64,000 bases of DNA. Origin: Eledone cirrhosa. Its lineage: Eukaryota. The stretch spans positions 36,580,001 to 36,644,000 of the forward strand of contig OZ024744.1 in NCBI GenBank assembly GCA_964016885.1, written 5' to 3'. Below are positions 52,294 to 64,000 of the stretch, one piece after another (within the stretch, counting starts at the first letter, position 1; each line of letters begins with the position of its first letter). The translations under genes were made by a program, and so were the position numbers. Under the pieces are notes generated by a model, which worked only from the letters and a program-made list of their open reading frames with translations, searched no databases and was not told the origin of the DNA.

Positions 52294-53670
52294 TTCTTGT
52301 TTATAAACAGACACCCATCAATATCTGAATTTTAAGCCGTGCCATCCACCTCATACAAAACGCAACATCCCATACTGCCTAGACAGAAGAATTTGTACCA
52401 TTGTAGAAGATACAAATACCAGGTACAAACGCCCAACAGAATTAAGAGAATTTTTGCTCAAACAAAAATACCCATCTCTACTTATAGAAAATGGCATACA
52501 GCGGGCTATAAAAATACCTATACAACAACTTAGGACAACCCAAGGAAGAAGAAACCAAGAACTGGTCATAGCATTTATAATGACACACAACCCATGTCAC
52601 GAGAATATCTTCAACACTGCCAAAGCAAACCTACCGATCATTGCTCAACGTAATGAATTAAATGGCTTAATCACAGATCGATCTTTGACTCTTAGTAAAA
52701 GACAGCCGAAAAATGTTAAGCAATTACTAACAAAAGCAAAGTTTGACCTAACAACAAAGACCAATCATTCACTGTATCTAAATGCAATGATAGTCAATGT
52801 GGCACATGTCAATCCATACACGCCGGTCGATATATGAAAACAAAAACTGGAAAAATATTCCCAAATGCAAATATGAACTGCAAAAGCAGAAATCTAATTT
52901 ACTGCATTAAATGCCCGAATTGTCAAGAACTACATGTCGGTCAAACTGGAAATGCACTATCGGAACGTGCACGGGTACACCGACAGCAAATCAGAGACCC
53001 GAATTTCCGTCAGATACCCCTAAGTAACCATCTAGCAACATGTGGTCAGGAAATATTTATAATATTCCCATTCGACAAATTACACAGCCCAAGTGAAATC
53101 AAGAGAAAAATCATAGAAAATAATTTTATTGATAAATTCAAACCCAAGCTAAATGAACAATAATAATGGGGTACCCTACTATGACTATGACTCTGACCAC
53201 TAGCAACAACAACAATAATAATAATAATAAAAGTGATGTTGATGGTGATGATTACTAGAAAGTGCTATTTTCATCATTTCTAAAAATAGCAAAACAATTG
53301 ATGCTTTGGATAGGGTCTATTAGTAGTCGTTAGACATGCTCAACCAACCGTGACGCCTAAACAAATCAGCTTTAGTAATCCAGTGAAACTACACACCGAT
53401 TGGTCGAAATACAGTTTGCAAGATTTAGCATTCTGGAGCCACTTTTCACTGTATATAAGGCACAAAATTTACCCATCTCATTATAGTTGAAAATTGCAAA
53501 CTTGACTGTCACCACACAATATGAACATGAAGATTGCGAAAGCATGAAAGTACTTGTTCAATTAACATTTAACATTTAATATTCTACCATACTATTTCAT
53601 TCTAAAACCATTATAAATTTTAAAGGATTGTAAATAAAACGAGTAAATCAGACAAAGTTGGAATTCCTTT
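52294..53670 (+). mobile_element. Neptune-like PLE 3' part (thumb, Zn linker, GIY-YIG at 52834-53163) with HHR-like motif at 53522-53560
   Basis: HQYLNF..HP..TKRNIPY, KCNDSQCGTC and CKSRNLIYCIKCPNC..HVGQT...R..H. Motif tgaac ATGAAGA t-tgc-gaaa-gca-t GAAA gtac TT gttca. Confidence 0.88.
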
Positions 53671-53696
53671 TATTAATATATATATATATATATATG

Positions 53697-53796
<100 letters not shown>

Positions 53797-54355
53797 TACA
53801 TTTATGAATATAATTACATATACCCCATCCGCTACCACACGCGCGCTTGTACATTCAGCACTAGATTTCTATAGCTCTCTTATGGTCAGAAGTATATCCA
53901 CTTCCAACTAATACAGACCAACAAAATATGCTCACTCCACTTTTCCCTTCACTGCTCTGTACACACACACACCCTTATATTAACATACTTTTTTTTATAG
54001 TTTCGTACTTACAAGCACACACTGACACTCATTTATTTACATATACATTCACATATCCTCTCAGCTTCGTAAGGACCTTTAATAATACACATACGCACAC
54101 ATACACACACACACACACATACACACATATATATATATATATACTGCACGTGCTCAATTGTAGCTCTTTTAACAAAGCGGTTATTTTTCCATTTCAGCTA
54201 GACGCGCTCCACCATCCACTTTCCTAAAAAAGCATATCATATACAAAACTCCAGCACCAACAGTTTTCCAAGAGATGGCAACATGAATGGACCTAAAAAC
54301 ATTTTTTCCTATTCCACCCCGCCTGTCTCTTCATTGTTTCTAATTTCCAATTTTC

Positions 54356-54393
54356 GTCTTCTGGTGAAGGACAAGCGTCCGAAACGTTAAGAC
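54356..54393 (+). ncRNA. Type I HHR motif (family N), core A6G
   Basis: gtctt CTGGTGA a-ggac-aagc-gtcc GAAA cg TT aagac. Confidence 0.7.
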
Positions 54394-54484
54394 CATCTTC
54401 CAGCTCTATCGAGCGTTAACCTAATGTATTCCTTCCATATACTCTACCGATTGTGTTGTTATTTCTGTTTGCCTTTTACATATT

Positions 54485-54652
<168 letters not shown>

Positions 54653-55439
54653 TTTGCGTGTTTGTGAGCTTGTGTGTGTCGGCGCGCGTGTGTGTTTTAA
54701 GTAGAAAAGGTAAAGGAAAGAAGAGTGCTGTATGTATAGTACAGAGTTATTTGATTACATAATAAAATAACGTTGGTTATTATATATATATATAATATAT
54801 ATATATATAAATACTGAGAGTTACACAAATATATGTGTATACGTACATATGCATGCATATATACACATACATTTTTTTCACAAGTATGTGAGACTGTGTG
54901 GTGTCGACGTTGACATACATACCTACATCCTACATACATTTCTATCCACATATAAACACAATGACATACGTAAACACAGATGTTCTATGGTGCAACACAA
55001 ATATACACAACTTCACATACCTTCTGATGTTTATAGATATGCACGTGCCGACACGTTCACATACACATACGCACACATGTATTGCACATTGATGTGTGCA
55101 TACATATTTGTACACAAGTATCCCATACGGCAGGGCCTAATGGATTCCCCTTGCAGTACGTACAATCTGAACTCACACACGCCTTGCTGTTATGACAATA
55201 CTATACATCATTTCACCTCTTTTGTTATTGATGATATTTTGAGAGAATGGTTTTTGCAAATGTCTGAAAATATCGAATAATGAACGCCATTTTTACCAGT
55301 ACCACAAAAATACCAGTCCATCCACACACACACGCGCGCACCCCCCACCCTCCCCCAACCCCCACATATTTGTCTTAATAGACACCTGAACTGTTGACCT
55401 CTCAAAATGACTGCACCTCAATCAAGCGGAAAAGGACAC

Positions 55440-55600
55440 TCTTCGACAAACCTACATTTGGCGCGAAACCAGTTCGCGCTAAAATCACATTAAACATTCA
55501 CATGACTTCTACCGACCAATCAAAATTGTTTTGACTACAAGAATTTTTGCAACACGAATTGGCGCGAAATTTATAGTGCTTATTCACGTGACATTCAATA
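55440..55600. promoter_or_regulatory. Candidate Pol II promoter with E2F, CCAAT and E-box motifs
   Basis: ttggcgcgaaa at 55458 and 55559, ttcgcgc at 55473, gaccaatca at 55514 and tcacgtga at 55584, in non-repetitive-looking sequence. Confidence 0.45.
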
Positions 55601-55855
55601 ACCAAACAAATCTTAATACCTTCCAAGCCACTTTTTTCACATAAAATAGGAAGAATTTCAAAAACTGATCATTAGAGCAAAAATCACGAGCATTCTATCT
55701 CAAAATTATTTTTGAAAAGCATGAAAAATGCGCAACCGGTAAAAACTTAAAACTAAACCTGAATACTAACTAATACATATTACTAATTTATACTTATTCC
55801 TAATTAAACTATTTTTCACTGGGAAAAATTTGTCAGCATTTTCTTTTCCTTTTTA

Positions 55856-55959
<104 letters not shown>

Positions 55960-55989
55960 CATGTATGTATATATATTTATATATATATG

Positions 55990-56026
<37 letters not shown>

Positions 56027-56086
56027 GTATATATATATGTATATATATATATGTATATATATATATGTATATATGTATATATATAC

Positions 56087-56177
<91 letters not shown>

Positions 56178-56319
56178 AATGTATATATATATATATATAC
56201 ACATATATATATCTGTATATTTATATACATTTATATATATATATATAGTATTAAGGATACTATTTATGGTTATGTATATACTAAAACTTTTTATAGTTAT
56301 ATATATTTTAAACCCTAAA

Positions 56320-56943
56320 CAGTGAAAGACGGTAATTTATTACTACATTATTACCAGTAAGATAAATAGCTCCATGTAATAACATCAGTTGTTCTACAGA
56401 GCAGTTATATAGAAATCACATGAATCAAAGTTCTGTTCAAACCATTTATTATCTTACAATTGTTTCGTCCAAACCGAGGTTTGGAGTCTTCGGAGCAATT
56501 TTTCAATGATTGTTTACATACACTCTTGCTTACCCGCTTAAAGTGCTCGTATTGCATATAACACCTTGCCGCACAATAATCTTATATAAATAAGACACAC
56601 GTGCATGCCCCACGTGTAACTATTGCATGCACTAACTACTTCAACTGACTAACAAACTATCCTCTTGCATTATCTTCGTAAACTGCCGATGTTGTATTTT
56701 AACTTCAATTTTGTTTTAACATGATTTTAATTTTTGAATTTAAATTGCCATGCAAAAATATTATAATGGATGTCACCCTACTGTGCATCGATATATACAT
56801 ATGTATCTGTATGTCTCTTCTGTTGGAAAGGAGGTCATGTATCTAAACAATCATTGAAAAATTGCTCCGAAGACTCCAAACCTCGGTTTGGACGAAACAA
56901 TTGTAAGCTAATAAATGGTTTGAACAGAACTTTGATTCATGTA

Positions 56944-56945
<2 letters not shown>
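56320..56945 (-). mobile_element. PLE-type foldback (family R): arms ~56418-56520 / 56838-56943, HHR at 56864-56908 (+) and 56452-56496 (-)
   Basis: gct CCGAAGA c-tccaaac-ctcg-gtttgga-c GAAA caattg TA agc. Confidence 0.85.
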
Positions 56946-57033
<88 letters not shown>

Positions 57034-57940
57034 TGTTGTAGTCTCCTTCATTCTCAGCCCCACACTCATCGACACAGTCTCAACCTCCTGCATCAAATCC
57101 TCTGCCTCCTTCACTGTATTTGCCACCAAAACTATGTCGTCGACAAATTCAGCAGCCGATATCGCCTTAACTCTTCTGCTCTGAGTCGGTGCTACAGTAA
57201 AGTCCTGCTCGTTTCCCCAGTGGAAGGTGCATACAATAGTCCACTACGATGATAAAAAGGTAGAAACCCAATGTATCTCCCTGGAGCACTCCAGCCAGTA
57301 TCTAGTAGAGAATGTTGAGAAGCCAGAGGGGATCACTAATGTAGGCGGGAAGCCGCTAGAATTGGTTGATGACTTCCTGTATTTGGGAGCAAAGATTGAG
57401 AATACGGAAGATGATGTGGTTGAGAGGAAGAGCAAATCCTGGGCAGCGTGCCACAGCTTGAGATCATTGTGGAAGTCGGACCTTCGTAAAGACCTGAAAA
57501 TCCGCCTCTTCATTGCTGTAGTGCAGTCTGTGCTGCTGTACGGATCTGAGACTTGGACACTAACCAAGAAACTCGCTCAGATAGTGGATGGGTGCTACAC
57601 GAGAATGATGAGGATGGCTCTGAACATTAATCAGTATACACTGAGGATGAAAAACTCAGAGCTGTGTGGGAGCCTCCCAAAAGTCAGCTCAAAAGTGACA
57701 CAGAGAAGACTGAGATTAGCTGGACATGCTCACCTACATCCAGAGTTGACATTGCACTCAGTGCTGCTGTGGGAGCCCCTGCATTGACACACTGGAAGAG
57801 GTAGACCGAGGTTAACATATGTTGATGCCCTAAGGACAGACACTGATCTGTTGGAGACGCAGGACAAGGCAGCGATAATGAGTGACAGAGACCGCTTTAG
57901 AGAACTCGTCCATGGATCTCGGGAATTTTACCCGCCCTAG
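57034..57940 (+). mobile_element. RTE/RTE-X-like LINE 3' part with 5' inversion (57034-57300 is minus strand)
   Basis: GVLQGDT..EFVDDIVL..GLRM on (-) continues as YLVEN..FLYLG..SVLLYGSETW..RRLRLAGH on (+). Confidence 0.88.
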
Positions 57941-57975
57941 AAAAAAAAATATATATATATATGAAAAGGTTCAGG

Positions 57976-58066
57976 ACCCCGACGGCTGAGCTCCGGCCGT
58001 TTCGACAGCTAGCTCCGACCTAAGCCACCAGTATTAGCGGGAATCTAGCTGAAATTATCAAGGGGT
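57976..58066 (-). ncRNA. Complete family D HHR (U3-A8 core, 5-bp stem III, extended stem II)
   Basis: acccc TTGATAA ttt-cagctag...ctagctg-tc GAAA cggc-cggagctca-gccG TC ggggt. Confidence 0.78.
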
Positions 58067-58894
58067 ACAGTCCATATATACAGTCCATATATGAGCATGC
58101 AGTCAAAGCCAAAAAAAAAAGCAAAAAATCTAAGCAAAAAGTCTCTTAAAAGTTTGTGGTCTTTCTTATTTTTCTCCGGGGGTATTCAATAATCTGGGGA
58201 GGGGTTCCCTAGATGAAATGGCTTGTTTAGTTCTGCTAAATGTTGTGTACATATTTTATTACCTTTTTGACGGCAGGGGCGGAGGGCTAGACAGGCCGAA
58301 ATACGAGGGGTAAGGGGTTAGTAGACGAACTGACCTGAAAGTGCCAAGCCAGCCAGGCGCGCATACACGCCATTAAGAGAGATTTTATCCTAAACAACTA
58401 TTTCTAATCTGTAGAAACGGTAATATGCTTAACTTCAATTTGAGCGGGGAAAAAACAAACGAGAGAAAATATATATTCGGTGTATAAAAGTCAAAGAGGA
58501 TAGCATAGTGTATTTATGTTATGGTTAGTTTGCTTTATCTAAAAAGCTAAGCATTTATAATTTATTACTAATTCACTTTTTCATAGAGAAATCAGGTTAT
58601 CAATTACTCTATGGCCCGGAAAGTACGCCCCATACACTAATTAACATATTTTTCCTATATTTTCACCCCCCCCCCCCCCCCAAAAAAAAATCTACCTTTA
58701 GTCTTAAAGGTAGTACTAATCATCTCGTCTCTAGTACTGTTGTAAATTAGCTAAGGTTCTATAACAAAGTAAATTCCTCAGGAAGCTTGAAAGTGTCAAT
58801 TTAACATGTATGTGAATACTATCGACAAACAATAGCAAATGGAAAGAATATTGAAGTTTCGCTAATAGGTTTATCATAACTCGTGTGTTACACC

Positions 58895-58950
<56 letters not shown>

Positions 58951-59091
58951 TTTCTTTTATAAGAGAGTTCATAGATATAAAAAAATAGATTGATAGGTAC
59001 ATAAATATATACTGACAGAAATTAATAAATATATTTATAGATATATATGATATTTACATTTATAGCAAAATATTTTTTATCTAAAACAGTT

Positions 59092-59170
59092 ACTCACTGG
59101 GGTCGATATAATCGACTTTCCCCTCCCCCCAAATTACTGGCCTTGTGCCTATACTAGAAACCAATATTAT
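59092..59170 (+). mobile_element. SINE 3' fragment (OK-like); another fragment at 63974-64000
   Basis: ctggggtcgatataatcgactttcccctccccc..ggccttgtgcctatactagaaa. Confidence 0.7.
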
Positions 59171-59219
59171 ACTGTAAAAACAGACATTCATTATTTGACC
59201 GTGGCTCTAATAAACAATC

Positions 59220-59608
59220 TGTAGCAATCATATCACCGCCCTCTAGACAGGAAGTAGCTGGAGTTACTTACCGTTGGGGTGGCAGAACTCTTTTTGTCAC
59301 TTCCGCCTTGGTACCCTATAAAAGGGATAGCTCAGGACGATCTCACTCTTTTCTACCTGCCTGGCCCTTCGGCCAGGCGTCTTCGACCAGGCGCGTTCGC
59401 CGAGTCTCTACTCTCTGGCAACCCTAACATGGTCTCTTGCGAGCTCACTTCAAAACGGTAACAAATAACTTTACTTCATTCTTTCATCTATTCTTGACTT
59501 GTCAACCATTCTGTTCTACATAACTTCAACTTGTTAATTAAACTTTATACACACAACCTAGTGTCTTGTTATATTCATACACACCAGTATTCTGTTATAA
59601 ATCTTACA
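59220..59608 (+). mobile_element. Solo-LTR-like segment
   Basis: TGTA...TACA termini, ctataaaag TATA box and attaaa signal, ~390 bp. No TSD is visible. Confidence 0.5.
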
Positions 59609-59952
59609 GAACGAAATGTCTGAGTTCATTTCATTGTGTATCATTCACACTCTCTCTCTCTCCCACCCACTCTCTCTTACTCACTCCCCTCTCTCTCTCT
59701 CTCTCTTCTAGCTCATTGCTATGTTTTGCGTTGATTGAATCTGCCTATATTTTGTTACAATACGTATTAGACCCTCTGTGAATGGCATGTGCGATAAATT
59801 GGTGTCCTACCCAGAGCAAAATGTGTCTGGTTTTCACCATGAAAACAAAACAGAAACACGCATAGGTTCTTAGAAATATTTTGCGTGCATGATACACCTG
59901 TGTGTGTGTGTGTGTGTGGATGTGTGTGTATGTGTGGATGTGTGTGTGTGTA

Positions 59953-60001
<49 letters not shown>

Positions 60002-60086
60002 ATGTGTGGATGTGTTGTGTGTGTGTGTGTGTGTATATGCGTGCCTGTGTATATGTGTGGATGTGTGGATGTGTTATGTGTTATGT

Positions 60087-60125
<39 letters not shown>

Positions 60126-60302
60126 CGTGCCTGTGTGTGTGTGTACGCCGTAGAGTAGAATTAAATAGCGAATAATTGATTCCCAATCTCTACTGGAAAT
60201 GTGTCAATCCAATAGACTTTTTTCCGGACAATTTCGAGGCGCCTAAAAACAGCGGGATGCCCGGCAGCCCCACTCAAAGCATGGATGGACCTCTGTCTAT
60301 AG

Positions 60303-60585
60303 CAGGCGTGGGCAACCTTTTTCGAGCAGCGGGCCGCACGAGATATGGCTCATCATTAGGCGAGCCGCAAGCGTTTATTTACATTCGTGCTCACATTAAA
60401 CAAAAGGGCTGTAACTCAGGTTGCTTTGATTTGTTCCTACAGAATTCGTACAACGTTGTTTTCCTCGATCGTAAAAATGATAGAAAGATAAACAACGACT
60501 GAAAAGTTGGCGTAAAGACATAAGAAAGGTTTCACTTTGGTGAGCCATTCAGAAAGACTCGCGGGCCGCAGTTTCCTTATGACTG
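60303..60585. mobile_element. hAT/Charlie-like MITE relic
   Basis: Starts caggcgtgggcaacc, has subterminal gcgggccgca twice, and ends ...gactg. The TSD is not conserved. Confidence 0.5.
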
Positions 60586-61204
60586 TTAGTTGAATGCAGG
60601 TCAATATGTCCATGTTCGTCAACAACAAATTGATTTGCCCTGTCCATCCGTGTCAAGACAGAACTCAAACCAACATATGCTGGAACAGTTACTGCAAAGT
60701 ATATTATTCGACCCTCTTGCGAATTTGTCACCATGTACTGGTAGTTTATTCATCGACCTCAAAAGGATGTAGTGCAAAGTTGATCTCAGAGCATAGGCAG
60801 AAATACATAAAAACATTACAACACTCTAACAAGCAAACAATTCAATTTGTCTGCCACCATCAAAACTGTGTGTATATAGTGCATTTAGCGTTATCAATTT
60901 ATATCCATAGCATCTATTTTGCGATCAGTTGAGGGTCAGCATCATACATACCAGATATACAGTGCATTCCATTCAATCCAGCATACCATTTCTTTGTAAA
61001 CATTGGCATTGTGCCTCCACAAAAGAAATTAACATTTCACTACATTAACATAGTGCGAGCTATGTATTGTAACTATTCTAGCATTGCTTATCTGCCCCGC
61101 CCCCCATCTCTCTCTCTCTATCTATCTAAAAATCAATCAATCTATATATTTATCTATCTTTCTCTCTCTCTCGCTCCCTCTCTCTCTTTCTCTCTCTGTA
61201 CCTT

Positions 61205-61253
<49 letters not shown>

Positions 61254-61657
61254 CTCTCTCTCACACTATCTACATTTTATCGAAGGAGTTGGGAGAAGAA
61301 CTAAAGGAAGAATTCACGAACAATTACCGATTGTATTAGCCACAATGAATGAGGTATAAGTGACTGCGTACGCAGACATCGGTCAAATTCGGAGTAACAA
61401 TGCTAATATTAAATGAAGAAAACCAACCTTTGTAAAATAGTGAAATTCACACAATCGGGTTTCTACATCTTCTCTAAATTTGCACTCATGTAAGAAATCA
61501 ATATGGTATTTCAACAATACTACGTCAGACAACGATGTCATATATTATATAAGCAACAAATCTATTTTCTCAACTACAATTGTTTTCCCATGATTTATGG
61601 AGAAATGTTTTCAGTGTTCTATATACAAATAGTAAACATTCAGTGTTATAACTGCAC

Positions 61658-61729
<72 letters not shown>

Positions 61730-61777
61730 TCTCATTATCACACACACGTGTATAAATATAGATATAAATAAATAAGC

Positions 61778-61825
<48 letters not shown>

Positions 61826-61843
61826 GTACACACACACGCACGC

Positions 61844-61887
<44 letters not shown>

Positions 61888-62006
61888 ATCGTTAATTTAT
61901 TAATTTGTTGATAAGCACCTATTGATTTTTTCATAAATCGTCGTCTCCCCACTATGTCTAATGAGTCCGCCACATGATTTATGTGTCCCAGATCATTGTA
62001 ATATCA

Positions 62007-62069
<63 letters not shown>

Positions 62070-62124
62070 TATATATATATATATATGTTTATATATATAT
62101 ATATGTTTATATATATATATATAT

Positions 62125-63486
<1,362 letters not shown>

Positions 63487-64000
63487 TAATATATATATAT
63501 ATATAAATTAACGAGAATCGTATTTCGGCTATTGGAAATTAGCGAAAAACAACTTCCGAGTTGTGTGGAAAGTGCTCCATAGAAGCGACTGGGCTAGAAC
63601 TACAACATAAGTTAAAAGGCCAAACACACTGAGACGATGGTTAAACCATTATCCGCACAGCCATAGAAACGACCAAGTAATTCGGGTCAAACAAATAAAA
63701 TATGATTGAAAAATTATACCCGGATCCCTGGAAGGTTGGTAAAATATCCAGCATTTGGGTTTCTGCAACTCCTAAATCAAGTACTGTCTGCTTAGACAAA
63801 TAATGTTAAGCTTTTGGTAAGATGATTGAACCAGGAAGTCACTTTCTCAACAGGCTTTTTGTTCAAGTGCCAAGTGAAGGACGGACCGTTATCAAAACCC
63901 ACGTGGGGCTCGACAAGGAGGGCAACCCTTAATTTTGGCGGATGAATTCAGTACGTGTGTTATTATTGCAAAATTGCCTTTCATCCTTACGGGGTCGATA

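Noticed and set aside
63505-63960. Possible further PLE terminal fragment (its start aaattaacga is shared with 42913)
   Set aside because: No HHR, ORF or second copy in the window to support a call.

Overview
AT-rich animal genomic DNA. The tRNA-derived SINE resembles the octopus OK-type SINE, so an octopod cephalopod is likely (inference). The window is almost entirely transposable elements inserted into (TA)n, (CA)n and (TAA)n microsatellites; most ORFs in the track are translated microsatellites. It contains: (i) a 22.3-39.2 kb nest of (TAA)n-targeting non-LTR elements, with two long R4/Dong-like restriction-like-endonuclease elements and a nearly intact Tx1/L1-like element; (ii) several degenerate Penelope-like elements (PLEs; RT plus GIY-YIG; Naiad-like and Neptune-like); (iii) RTE fragments, a Chapaev3-like and a mariner DNA transposon, a solo-LTR-like segment and a hAT-like MITE; (iv) a possible host exon at 1-234 (-) and an E2F/CCAAT/E-box promoter-like patch near 55.5 kb. 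The main hidden signal is RNA structure. About 20 type I hammerhead ribozyme (HHR) motifs from roughly a dozen sequence families sit in short foldback or tandem elements embedded in (TA)n. They include three U3-A8 compensatory core variants, HHRs with ~45-85 nt structured stem II insertions that covary, a ~425-nt tandem retrozyme-like unit, and ~200-bp palindromic minis folded back inside HHR stem II. All structures were read by eye, none is tested, and coordinates are approximate to a few bases.
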